The notes under the pieces are model-generated. The model searched no databases. It was not told the DNA's origin and saw only the letters and a list, made by a program, of their open reading frames with translations. The translations under genes and the position numbers were made by a program. From Octopus sinensis (lineage: Eukaryota), in the NCBI RefSeq assembly GCF_006345805.1, contig NC_043006.1, positions 67,704,001 to 67,768,000 of the forward strand: a DNA stretch of 64,000 bases. Reading direction: 5' to 3'. Shown piece after piece: positions 38,491 to 50,844 of the stretch (its first letter is position 1; every line of letters begins with the position of its first letter).

Positions 38491-39167
38491 AGTTATTACA
38501 GCATTTAATGGTGGGGGTGCATTACAACAAATAAGTGTGCCAGTCATTCAATCAGTGGAATTATCTGTTCACTATAGTGTTAGTGGTTGAGTATTCCATA
38601 GACACTTGTACTCTTAATGCAATCACATAATCTTCAGGTAGAATCCATGTGACTTGATAGGTGTAAAAACTGGCCTTTTGGATGACTAGTTCATCAAATG
38701 GACACTTTTAAGGTTTTGGTCAACCTGCAGTTATAGGAGAAAATACTTTCCAAATTTTCCATGCAGAGCAAATGAAACCAGGGTCTCATGATTTCTGAAC
38801 AAACTCTACTACTTGGCCCCTTTGTGCAGTTGTGAAGGGCATCTAGCTTTGTCAAACACATTTTACTTCTCTAGTGTTGATAATATGAAAAAAAAAAAGC
38901 ACTGGTGCACTCTATGAAGTAGTTGGTATTAGAAAGGACATCCAGTCATAGAAACCATTGAAAAATGCAAGTAAGATGATGTTCTCAACCCACCTGGGTG
39001 AGCAGTACCACTGAATACATGATGACCTGTCCAACCCATGCCAGCATGGAAAGCTGATGTGAAATGATGCTGATATACACATACACAGTTGCATGCACAA
39101 GCACATACACATGCTTACATATAAAGACATACAGTTCAATATTCAAATTTTATTTTATTTTAGCTTT

Positions 39168-39246
<79 letters not shown>

Positions 39247-41445
39247 CATCATCATCATCATCATCGTTTAGCATCCGTTTTCCATGCTAGCATGGGTTGG
39301 ACGGTTCTACTGGGGTCTGTGAAGCCAGAAGGCTTCATCAGGCCCAGTCAAATCTGGCAGTGTTTCTACGGCTGGATGCCCTTCCTAACGCCAACTATAT
39401 ATATATTTCTCCTTTGCTGTTATCTTATATCTGTTTTTCTCTCTCTCATAAGTGCCTGTTGGTGTATCTCTCTTGTGTATATATCTATGAAGAGATGATG
39501 TATACTGAACATAATGGAAGTACAGATTTTGTGTGTGTGCCAGTGTAGTGCTCATACCAGTATGACTCTCTGCATATTAAATGGATGGATGTGTGTATGT
39601 CTGTGTTCACACAAGTTTGCATTACTGTGTATATGTAGTCACATTACGGTGTGTGCTTGTGTGTAAACATTGCTCTGTGTCTGTGTTTTCTCTCTTTGCT
39701 TTGTATATTTGTAATCAAATTTCTCGGTGCAATGAGTTCTACTACACTGTTGCTCCTACAGGTGGATTGTACTGCTGACAGTTAAGTACACTAACATATC
39801 TAGAGTGTGTGCCACCTGGGATGGCCCTTCCGTTTGCCGCCCCTGAATCCCATAAAAAATACTTATTGCCTACAGCAGACTCAACAGTGCCACATGGGGC
39901 GGACTGCCTCTACCATTCTTCCCCTAGCTATGAACACAATACTGTAATAAAGTGTTCTACATAATACTACTTACTGCTAATTGAACTGGGCTCTTGAGAG
40001 TTAAGTACCTTGACTACATGTAGAATGTCATGCCAGTGCCAAATTCAAATACAGTAGTCTGTATGCATGGACCTTTGGCTAAGAGGTTTTCTTCACAACC
40101 AGGTGGTTTCAGGTCCAATCTCACTGCACACTACCTTAAGAAAATGTCTTTTACTCTCGCCCCAGGTTTTCTTTTCTACTCTAAGCACAAAGCCTGAAAT
40201 TTTAGGGGAGGGGGCCAGTCAATTAGATCAATCCCAGTATGCAACTGGTACTTAATTTATCGACCCCGAAAGGATGAAAGGCAAAGTTCACCTTGGCAGA
40301 ATTTGAACTCAGAATGTAAAGACAGACAAAATACTGCTAAGCATTTTGCCCGGTGTGCTAACGTTTCTGCCAGCTTGCTGCCTTTCAGGTTGACCAAAGC
40401 CTTATTGGTACATTTGAGAGTTGGAATCTTAAAAGAAACTAATGTGTTGCGTCTTGACATCACATGATATTTTTGTTATAACAAATAGCAGTCATGTAAG
40501 TGGCTGTCCTTTGTTAGTTATCTTCTGCTAAAACATGTCTGGACTGGGCGAAAATTTTACCTTGCTTGGAAACTGGTATGGGTTGGCAACAGGAAAAGCA
40601 TTCAGCTGTAGAAATCTACCTCAATGAATCCAAATCCATGCAAAGATGAGAAAGTAGACATTGAAGCAATGCTGATGAAATCCGTTATGGTCAAACATAC
40701 TAAACTGGTTGTACGAAATCTTTAAGGGAAGCTTTGTAATCCAAAGTAACATGTAACATCATTTCTAATACAAGGAGGCATTAATGAACCATCGGCCTTT
40801 TTTTTTAAGGAGACTATTGAGTCATGTAAACCAAAATCAAATGGAAATTGTAGTTGTGGCCATTATCAGTGCCAGTGGCACGCGATAAGCACCATTCATT
40901 CATGTGTGGATCACTGCCAGGGCCACCTGACTGACTCCCCATGCTGGTGGCACATAAAAAGCACTATCCAAACGTGGCCGATGCCACCCCCACCTGTCTG
41001 AAACAAAGACGCAATACATTAGATAGCATAGTCCTAGATAGACTGCATCTAAGTAAACAACTGAATGGTCTCTGCTGGATCAGGACTGATCTTGGTCTAC
41101 TCAACTATCACCACCACCACTATAGTTTCACTACTGGAATATATCAGTTGAATTTATATTATTCTGGGATTTTAATTTTAATCCTAACCTACGGAAGTCT
41201 TTCTCTCAGATACTTATGCATTTGGATCATCATTTTTATGTCCATTTTTACCACACTTGCATGGGTTAGATGGATTCCTTCCTCTAACACAGCAGTTCCA
41301 CCATTTGTTGCAGTCCTTTGTCACCTTCTTGATGATGTTCAGCATGCTGATAAGTTTTCACCATATCTCTCCATGTTTCCTTGGTCTTTCAACACTAGTG
41401 ATTTATAAATATTTATATGTGTAAAACATACATGCACGTATATGT

Positions 41446-41576
41446 GTCCCTTTCTGTAGAAGAGCGTAGGCTCGAAACGTAAAAGACTTTTTCTATTCCT
41501 GAGAGTTGTACTAATACATCTGTTTGTTTTGTACACCACCTATCTTCGTCATTTTTTTTTTTTTTTTGTAAACTCT

Positions 41577-41580
<4 letters not shown>
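41446..41580 (+). mobile_element. Penelope-like element terminal fragment carrying a minimal hammerhead-like motif; inverted second copy at about 55045-55213
   Basis: ctgtaga-a-GAGC-gtag-GCTC-gaaa-cgt-a. Both copies share ttctattcctgag..atactaatacat..tgtttgttttgtacaccac and abut (TA)n. Confidence 0.65.
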
Positions 41581-41615
<35 letters not shown>

Positions 41616-41616
<1 letters not shown>

Positions 41617-42216
41617 ATGTTAAGGAGAATTTCAGATAGGTTCAACAATTTATTTATACATATATTCTGCCATAGATCAATGCATAACAGTCTTTAAAAT
41701 ATATCAATGTATCAGTTGTTAAAATATTAAAGCATAGCACAAAATGTGAAATCCTAAATAAGATACTCTCTGATGGAGGCAGTATCAAATTTTCAGAATG
41801 AAAACAACCCTTAAAATCTATGGATTACTGTACCCCTGAAACAGCTGTAAGAGGATTACCATCATTTTACCTTACCAACATTATTTATTCTCTCAGATTA
41901 TTTACATTTGTTTTTGAAGTATTCCAACCTCAACACCATAATGTTTTTTTATTCGCTCTTTGGAAGACTTTATTTTATTCACCTTTTTGTAAGGGCATAC
42001 TTTTATTCTTAATAATTTTTACAACACCGTTCTAACCTATTGACACTCATCTACTTATATATGTATATTAGATTTTTATGTATTTGTGTATTCATGAATT
42101 TTTAATATTTTAACAACTGATACATTGATGTATTTTAAAAACTGATATGCATTGATCTATGGCAGAATAGATGCATAAATAAACGGTTGAACCTGTCTGA
42201 AATTCTCCTTAACATT
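41616..42216. repeat. About 115-bp inverted repeats (41616-41731 / 42101-42216) enclosing a hammerhead-like motif
   Basis: aatgttaaggagaatttcagataggttcaac..attctgccatagatcaatgcata..atcaatgtatcagttgttaaaatattaaa and its reverse complement. Confidence 0.92.
41766..41853 (+). ncRNA. Candidate minimal type I hammerhead ribozyme motif (PLE-type)
   Basis: CTCT-CTGATGG-AGGCAGTA..TACTGtaccCCT-GAAA-C-AGCT-G-TA-AGAG: stems I, II and III all pair, loop III is palindromic, and there is an A9-to-G deviation. Confidence 0.55.
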
Positions 42217-43039
42217 TCTTTTATACCTTGGCGTCTCAGGTCTTTTATCTGAGCACTTATGTGTAGTGCCTATACAATAAACAAAGAAACTTCACTATAT
42301 ATATATGTATGTATGTATGTATGTATATATATATGTGTGTGTGTGTATGCATGCATGTAAACTGTGCTAGTGTCTGTATATTGAATAGTAGTGTATGTTG
42401 TAGCGTACAAATTGTATTGTTGTGCATGTGATTAAACTGTGTAGTATATGTAGCTGTGGATCTGTGTATGGCTGTGTGCATGTATGTGTAAGTACACATA
42501 CACACAAGACTGTGTACTTGGTTTTGAAAGTATACACATGCATGTGTGTGTGTGTGTAGTAGTAGTAGATAGTTGTATTAATCTTTGTTTACGAGTATTT
42601 TCTATTCTGTAAAACTCTATTCTGACCCTTGACCTCTCAACCAGTTCTTGTCACTCTTGCAATCTCAGTAACTGCTATGCCATATACTGCCAGTGTCTAT
42701 GATGTTCTTGACGTCCTTCTTAACTTCACACTTCATATATTACCCTGTGTATGTGTGAGCAGTGCAAGTATCTTTAGACAGTGAGGGTCTAGTATCATTG
42801 GGGGACAGTGTCAATCTCTGTTGTGGGTGATGAAGAAGAACCTATTGGACTCTGGAAAGAAGAACTGGATGGTGTTGGTTGGCTTGCTATTAAAGTTACG
42901 ATTAAGATTTAGAAAGGGATGTATAATGGTGAAGGTGGTGTGGCAAAGCAGGTTCAAATCTCATTTAACTTTTCATAACTTTACTGTTGGAAAAAAATTT
43001 ATTTTTCTTTAATATTGTTAACATAAGTGGAGGATTGTC

Positions 43040-43640
43040 AAACTCTTTATGTTCTGAGTTCAAACCCTGTTGAGGTCAACTTTGCCTTTCATCCTCCCAG
43101 GATAAATAAAATAAAGTACTTGAGTATCAGGGTTTGATATAATCAACTAGCTCCTCCTCCTCCCTCAAAATTGCTTTCCTTGTGCCTAAGTGAAAAAATT
43201 ATTAAGGTGGTGTACTGGCAGAAGCATTACCATGCCAGGCAAAGTGTTTAGTGGTGTTTCATCTATCTTTACGTTTTGAGTTCAAATTCTGCTGAGATCA
43301 ACTTTGCCTTCCATCCTTTTGGGGTTGATGAAATAAGTACTAGTTGGGTGCTGGGGATGATGACATCAACTCATTTCCTCCCCCAAAATTGCTGGCTTTG
43401 TGCCAAAATTTGAAATCAATTAATATTATTATTATTATTATTATCAAGGTGGTGAACTGGCAGAAACATTAGCATGCCGGGCAAAATGCTTAACGGTATT
43501 TCATCTGTCATCACGTTATGAGTTCAAATGCCGCCGGGGTCGATAAATTAAGTACCAGTTAGGCACTGGGGTCGATGTAATCGACTGGTCCCCTCCCCAA
43601 AAATGTCAAGTCTTGTGCCTATAGTAGAAAGGATTATTAT
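43040..43640 (+). mobile_element. Three head-to-tail family B SINE copies
   Basis: Repeated aaggtggtgaactggcagaa..gagttcaaat..gaggtcaactttgcctttcatcc..gataaa.taagtac units separated by (ATT)n. Confidence 0.85.
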
Positions 43641-43743
43641 CATCACTATTATGTGATGAAAACTCACAGCTTATTTATGATGGGATGGAAATTGTCAGCT
43701 GTCCTCAGCCAGCAGAATTAACCATTTTGATATCAAGAATTAA

Positions 43744-43965
43744 CCATTTTGATACCAATTCCGCTGAAACCACCCATAGTTCTATGATGCAGATTCCCTG
43801 TTTTAAAGTGGTCTAAATTAAAACATTCAATCTTAATTTTATGTTCTCTTATTTTCCAAACACCAGCTTGATAATGACAAAGTTACCTTAATAAATTCTT
43901 TGTTATTTTCAAAATTTGTTGAAACGGAAGCAGTGTATTTCAACAGAAATATTGTAACAAAAGGG
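43744..43965. mobile_element. piggyBac-type MITE with TTAA target duplication
   Basis: TTAA|CCATTTTGATAC ... GTAACAAAAGGG|TTAA; the left end is locally duplicated at 43718-43736. Confidence 0.8.
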
Positions 43966-44047
43966 TTAAGGGTACAGATTTATATGACTTGTGACTCCTC
44001 ACAAATTTGTTGTTTTGTGTCCGTTAGAAATTGTCTTCCTCGAAATA

Positions 44048-44613
44048 TTGGGTTGTCCGGAAAGTTTGTGCCGATTTATAGTAGCTTACCTTTCGACTTA
44101 TTTTAGAACATGGTTGAGCCCATAAAATAGGATTTGACTACACCTCCATTTAGAGTACAGTTTAAGCTATCTTTTCGTGGAAGAAGGTTTATGTTGCTAT
44201 AACCTGTGTTAATTATGTAACCCTTTAAAATGGAAGATAAGAAAGTTCATTTTCGGCACTTGATGCTTTGGGAACCTGACAAAAATTGCTGCAGCTCGGC
44301 TGGGATATGTTATCCCACCCTCCATATACACCAGATATTGCTCCTTCAGATCTCCACTTATTCAGGTCTCTACAGAATAGTCTTAATGGTAAAAATTTCA
44401 ATTCCTTGGATGACATAAAAAGATACCTTAATGAATTCTTTGCCATGAAACCACCTCAATTCTGGGAAGAGGGTATTTTCAAGTTAAAGGAAAGATGGAG
44501 ATGCATTGAGCAACAAAATGGTTCATATTTGGTTGATTAAAAATGTAATGGCAAGTATTTATTGACCCTTTTCTTTACTTTAAAAATTGGCATGAGCTTT
44601 CTGGACAACCCAA
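44048..44613 (+). mobile_element. Internally deleted mariner element (566 bp)
   Basis: TIRs TTGGGTTGTCCGGAAAG / CTTTCTGGACAACCCAA with TA flanks. The N-terminus MEDKKVHFRHLMLWE is fused to the C-terminus LGWDMLSHPPYTPDIAPSDLHLFRSLQNSL. Confidence 0.93.
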
Positions 44614-45039
44614 TATATGACTTTGTTCTATTTTGTTATTGCCATTGCGGGCTGTGGGGTAGCAGAATTGGTAGAGTACTGGAGGAGGAGGAGTTCACTT
44701 CACAATGCATGGTCTCGAGTTCAATCTCACCATGTGGCAACATCTTAGCTGGGTATCGTCTGTAATAACTCTAAGATTGATCAATGTCATGTGAGCAAAA
44801 TTCTTTCAGAAGTACCTGTGTGGAAGACCATTGTTCTTGTTTTCTGTGTGATCAAATAAATTAATCCCGCGATGACCATCTCCTGCCCCTTTCTGTACCT
44901 TTAACAGAGACCTCTATGTCGCAAGCTTTCAGGCCAGGTTCTCAAAGTACAGCGTCCTTGCACCAATTTCTGACGCCATAGAGAAGGTTCCAGGCTCTGA
45001 CCTTTCTTCCTTTCATTGAGTAATTAAAAAAAAAATAGC

Positions 45040-46416
45040 ATGCTACTGCATTTCTGAGTTCAAATTCGACTGAGGTCACCTTTGTCCTTTATTCATCTGG
45101 TGTTGATAAAAAAAGATATTATTTATGCACTGAAGGGGAAGGTAGGGGTCAATTTAGTCATCTATATCTTTCCTCTGTATCGAATCTATTACTGCTTTTA
45201 TCTTGCTGTGGGTTTGTGCCTTCCACTGTGCTTATCTCATAAAACACTTTGATATTGCTGTGGCTTCAGTGGGAGATCATGTTACAGTTGTGTGTTCTTT
45301 ATTTTTTCTCTTCTGCTTGCTGTTTTTATTTTGTTTTATTTTATTTTAATTCTGGTTATTTTTTTTTATTTTTATTTTCTGCAATGATTTAAAATTTAAT
45401 TTTTAAACTTTTTGTTGTTATTGATTTAATTTTTGGTTTTGTTTTTTTATTTTGTAGCTCATTTTGTTTTATTATTATTATTATTATTATTATTACTAAG
45501 GCGGTGAGCTGGCAGAATCATTAGCATGCCAAGCAAAATGCTTAGCGGTACTTCACCCCGTCACTACATTCTGAGTTCAAATTCCACTGAGGTCAACTTT
45601 GCCTTTCATCCTTTCAGGGTCACTTGAATAAGTACCAGTTACGCACTGGGGTCGATGTAGTTGACTTAATCCCCACCCCCAAGCTGCTCTTGTGACAAAA
45701 AATTTGAAAACATCATCATTATTATTACTATGAAGGTGGCAAGCTGGCAGAATCGTTAGCATGCTAGGTAAAATGCTTAGCAGCATTGTGTCTGTCTTAA
45801 CATTCTGAGTTCAATTTCCAGCAAGGCCGACTACTTTTCATACTTTTGGGGTCGATAAAAAAAAAAGTACCAGTTAAGTGTTGGGTTCAATGTAATTGAC
45901 TTAGCCCTCCATTGAAATTGTTGGCCTTGTGCCAAAATTTAAAGCCATTATTATTATTATCATCATTATTATTATTATTATTATTATTATGCTAAAGAGC
46001 TGTCACAATCATTAGATACTCAAAGAAAAATACCTAGTAGTATTTCTCCTGACTCCTTGCATTCTGAGGTCAAATCCCGCCGAGGTCAGATTTACCCTTC
46101 ACCCTTTTAGGCCTGATAAAACGAGTACCAGTCGTGCGCTAGGGTTGATATTATCCCCTAGACCCCCTTCCCCAAAATTTGAAATCCTTATTATTGTTAT
46201 TATATAACTGCAAACTGGTAGACTCGTTGCCATGCTGAACAAAATACTTAGCAGCATTTCATCTATCTTTTCATTGGTTGTTCAAATTCTGACAAGATCA
46301 ACTTTGTCTTTCTTCCTTTCAAGGTTGAGAAAATAAGTACCAGTTAAGTACTGGGGTAAATGTAATTGACTTACCAACTTCCCCAAAATTGCTGGCATTG
46401 TACCAATATTGGAAAC

Positions 46417-46420
<4 letters not shown>
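45040..46420 (+). mobile_element. About five head-to-tail family B SINE copies separated by (ATT)n tails
   Basis: Best copy starts at about 45498 (aaggcggtgagctggcagaatc); others at about 45040, 45735, 45990 and 46200. Confidence 0.85.
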
Positions 46421-46467
<47 letters not shown>

Positions 46468-46480
46468 CATCATCATCATT

Positions 46481-47228
46481 ATTGAGTGAGAGAGCAGTGA
46501 ATGCCATCAAAGTGACACTGGGGTAAAATATACGAAGCCCAGTATACCCATCGTGACTACCCGTCTGATAAGGGTACAGCAGGCACGTGCATCACAACCA
46601 TGTGTGTGTCACATGGTGCTTGTTCATTTCATATCAAGATGAACAGCACATGACCTTGCAGGTGGGGCCCAGTTAGAATTTTCTTCTGGTCGAGTAACCC
46701 ACCCCGCTCAAAAGGGCCCTGAATAAGTGTTGTTTAAGGATGTTGAATGAAACACCTGTATTTCCAAAGGTGAATTATTCAAACCCCAAAGAATCCCTCT
46801 GAACACATGGCTATGATGTTCCCCCACTACTTCTGCTCATGATCAGCGATACATATATCGTCAGCCATTAAGGGACATGCTCAACTGGTTAAAGTCAAAC
46901 AACTGACAAGCAAATCTGTGGTATTGAGCAGAATATTTGCTATAGCCCATTTTATTACATGGGTGTTTTGTTCAACATCCTTAAACAACCCTTATTCAAG
47001 GACCTTTTGAGCATGGTGAGCTACTTGACCTAAAGAAAATTCTAACTGGGCTCCACTTGCAAGGTCATGTGCTGTTTATCTTGATATGAGATCACCATGT
47101 CACACACATGGTTGTGATGCATGTGTCTGGTGTACCCTTATCAGACGGGTAGTCATGATGGGTATACTGGGCTTCGTATATTTTACCCCAGTGTCACTTT
47201 GATGGCATGCACTGCTCTCTCACTTAAT
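46481..47228. repeat. Foldback element with about 280-bp inverted arms (46481-46760 / 46956-47228)
   Basis: gagtgagagagcagtg.atgccatcaaagtgacactggggtaaaatatacgaagcccagtataccc.. and its reverse complement, with outward-facing (ATT)n/(AAT)n tails. Confidence 0.93.
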
Positions 47229-47732
47229 AATAATAATGATGTTTAACTAAATGTTATTGTTATGGAGTTAGGTTCAGTAGAAAAGACCATCTGGATCAAT
47301 ATGAACTTATAATAATAAGCGTTAAACACAAAATTAGTTTATGGGTGGTCCAACTTTGCATACAGGATCTAAGGGGGTGGGGTTTCTTAAGACAATGTTT
47401 TGGAGAAAACCTACACTGGTCTTGTTCCTTTGTTACAAAATATTATAAACAATTGATCAGTTAGCATTGGTGGAAGGTCAAAAACAATAACTTGCAGTAG
47501 TTCCTTTAATGCCTCAATGATTATGAAATACATACCAGTTATATACTGGGATTAGGTCAGCTGACTAGTGCCAACTGCCCATAAATTTCTAATCTTGCAC
47601 TAAGAAATCATTATTAGAATTTTTTTTTAATTATCATTATTTTTGTTATTTCATTTCCTTTTAAACTTCAAGAATTTATGACCATATCCTATTACACTCG
47701 CAATCACCACCACAACGCTAAACACAGGAGAT

Positions 47733-47778
47733 AACTTATGACATGTTTCAGTCTTAATAGACCTCCTCAGTGAAACCT
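47733..47778 (-). ncRNA. Candidate minimal hammerhead ribozyme motif (PLE-type), antisense to the host gene
   Basis: The minus strand reads CTGAGGA-GGTC-tattaa-GACT-GAAA-CATG-TC: intact core, stem II and a palindromic tetraloop III; stem I is weak. Confidence 0.6.
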
Positions 47779-48039
47779 ACATTAAACTGTACTTGATAAA
47801 GTAATTTTAATGTTCACTACATTAAATATGTTAACACTATTAACATAACTATTGCTTTCATGCAGATGGTGCCTCTGGGTAATTAAACTCAATGATTTAT
47901 TGTTTTAAATATATTACATGAAACATTCATTATTGTTATTTATTTATATTAAACATACATCATCATTTCATGTCCATTTTTCTATGCTGGCATGAGTTGG
48001 AACAATCTTCCTCAGTGCAACATCTTGCCACTTGTTACA

Positions 48040-48560
48040 AACATCTGTCATCAGTCATCATTTTCATAAAGTTCAGCCTCTTGAGATCAGTTTTCACCAC
48101 TTCGTCCCATGTTTTTCTCTGTCTACTTCTTCACCAAGTTCCTTCCATGTGAATCATATGGCACTTTAACCCAGCATCACATATCTGTACCTACTGAGTT
48201 TTCTCTCAACTCATGTGTGCTTATCTGTCACAGTCACTAACATTGCATATCCAGCAGAGCATGCTCACCTCATTTCTTTCAAACCTTCATACATTCACCT
48301 CCTTCAATACTAATGTTTCTCGACCAAACAACACGACACTTTATACACGTTGAACCCTCTGCCCTTCTCTCAGAAGACTCTCTTTGTTTGCTGCAGAGGT
48401 GATAAACCTTGGACTTTTTCCAGCCTATTCTTATTGTAGCTAGTAGGCTTCCAAAATACCCACTTTCACTGCTAATTAGGTCGTTTAGATAACAGAAGCT
48501 ATCAACTACTTCTAGAGAGCCTTTTCAGAAGGTGATACGTAGTTCAAATGTAGTTCATGT
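48040..48560 (-). mobile_element. Heavily decayed RTE RT C-terminal fragment
   Basis: Reverse-complement similarity to 25.38-25.9 kb (gtagttgatag.ttc.g.tatct, agaataggctgg..aaagt, acatgggacgaagtggtgaa). Confidence 0.65.
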
Positions 48561-49597
48561 GTACTCTTACAGCTAACTACTCTTTCTTGTTTGCCCCATA
48601 TAAAGTCTACCTTTTCTGGTTCTCAGCCAGCTTCTGTCTGATCCCACTACATAACTTATACTTCCAGAGTTAGCATTTAGTACACTGTATCAAATTCCAA
48701 CCTACTCTAATTCTACATATCAAGTAAGATCACTTCCTAGATGAAAGTAGTCTTATCTTGTCTTTGAAATATCTATTCTGATTCTTCAACAGATATATCT
48801 ATGGGAACTAGGTTGTCAGTATGCTGGATTTCTCACAGATAACTTGTCTTAAACTCGTTTGTTATGGCCTGAATAATTATAATAGGTGAAAACCAAGCTC
48901 TGATGGACATCTACCTGCAGGCTAAATCCCTCACTGAACTCCTTGTCAACTTACAAGATTATCATTTGCCAGTGTATATTTACAATATTTATATCATCAC
49001 TGTTCAGTTGGTTCATTGTATAATTATTTTCAAATGGTTCTCATTCCTGAATATGAACATTAGATTTTAACAAAGAATTGTTATTATAATTATTCAGATC
49101 ATTACCTTCATTTTTCCAGTTTATATATACAATATATTTACACACATTTTTTAATGTATTTACATATATAAATATATTTACATATAAATAAAAGAAAACC
49201 AAGTGAGCTGATATGGAGATAGTAATGCACATAGACACATTTAGGCTTGACACATATATACATATACATGTACAGTCCAACCCATGACGGCATGGAAGGG
49301 GGACATTAAATGATGATGATGATGATGATGTATGCATATATAGATAGATAGATAGTCCTGGATGAAGAATTCGGAATTTCAGTTCAATTCCTTATTACAT
49401 GTTTTCTATACTGAGCATATCTAGTTCTCACCTATTTATCCAAATATATTTACATACATTTACATTACATTTTAAATGGTTTGATGCCTGATTGTCATCA
49501 GGTGTCTTATTCTTGGATATCAACATGAGCTCAAGCTATGTTTGAACTTAGAACCTTTCTTTAAAACTAAGAGTAATTATGTCCCTATGCTCTAGGC

Positions 49598-49868
49598 CAG
49601 TGCTTCTCAAACTATCTGAAGTGGCATACCAGCAGTTTTTTTTTTTCCAATGTGCCAGGGACCAGTAATATTTCTTAGTAGTATTAATTTATACCAGAAA
49701 CTATATAATGAATATAATAAAAGTTGACTTTTTTTATCTTCTGTTTATTTTGTAAACAAATAATACAATATCACATTAGCATTTTATAATCATTTTTATA
49801 ATGTTTCTTTTCTGGAAACTGGCCATAGACCAGCACCGGCCCACGGACCACCACTTTGAGTAGCACTG
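49598..49868. mobile_element. hAT (Charlie-like) MITE with a perfect 8-bp TSD
   Basis: CTCTAGGC|CAGTGCTTCTCAAA ... TTTGAGTAGCACTG|CTCTAGGC. Confidence 0.92.
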
Positions 49869-50583
49869 CTCTAGGCCACTGATACATGTACTGATAGATT
49901 ATATTCTTATCCTTCATTCTTAAGGTTCCTGTTATCAATATGGTTTGAATCTGTATGCACCTGATGACAACAGCAAAGCAAATCATTCAAAATACAGCAT
50001 CTCTATATATAAATATATTGTCAATATAAACAAGTGTATATACAGTCTGGAAAAATACTATCAACAGCTAATTTCACTTTCTATCAATTCCAGTGCAACA
50101 CAACGTTGTGTCTTCCGTGCTCTTCTGTTCATTAATAATATATTTACTGCTATTTCTTATCCCACACTTGTACAGGCAAGACTACATTTTGCTTAACATC
50201 CTGCACATAAGTGTCATCCATGGATAAGTGAAACACTTTACATCAAACATAGCACTGACTCCATCAGCAGAGTCTATGAAAGTCTCCTCTGGTGGCATGA
50301 AAACCTTGTGCTTTTCCTCAATACAAAGACACAGTCTCTATACATGAAAGAAACAGTCTCTTTGTGTAGACAATACACAACTAAACTCACTATATTGTTT
50401 ATACAATCTGCATCACAACGAATACTACAGCCTTGATTTAAACTTAAGCAAAGTTAGGATCCACACCTAAGGGATAGCATGGCTGTTATACATACGCAAA
50501 AAAAAATGTGCACACACACACACACACACTCTTTCTCTCACCCTTCCTCCCTCCCTCTCTCTCTCTTTCTCTCTCATTTATGG

Positions 50584-50844
50584 CAGGCATGTCAAACATG
50601 TGTGGACTGCTAGTGACACATTGGTTTAAAAATGGAGATCCCCCAAAATTTTTAATGAAAATAATTTTAATGAATAAAAATTGGACTATTGATGAGCAAA
50701 TAAAAGGCTTTAAAAGACTTTTACTTAATAACAAAGAATTGATACAACAGAAATCTTTGTTGTAAATTTGCGTTTAAAAAGCTGCAGCCCCAACATATAT
50801 GTTGGCAATGCAGCCCATGGAGACTCTGCGGTTTGACATGCTTG
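50584..50844. mobile_element. hAT-type MITE
   Basis: ATTTATGG|CAGGCATGTCAAAC ... GTTTGACATGCTTG|ATCTATGG; 8-bp TSD with one mismatch. Confidence 0.85.

Noticed and set aside
44881-45010. Good acceptor at 44907 followed by an open phase-2 frame (DLYVASFQARFSKYSVLAPISDAIEK)
   Set aside because: No convincing donor, phase incompatible with exon k, and no recognisable homology
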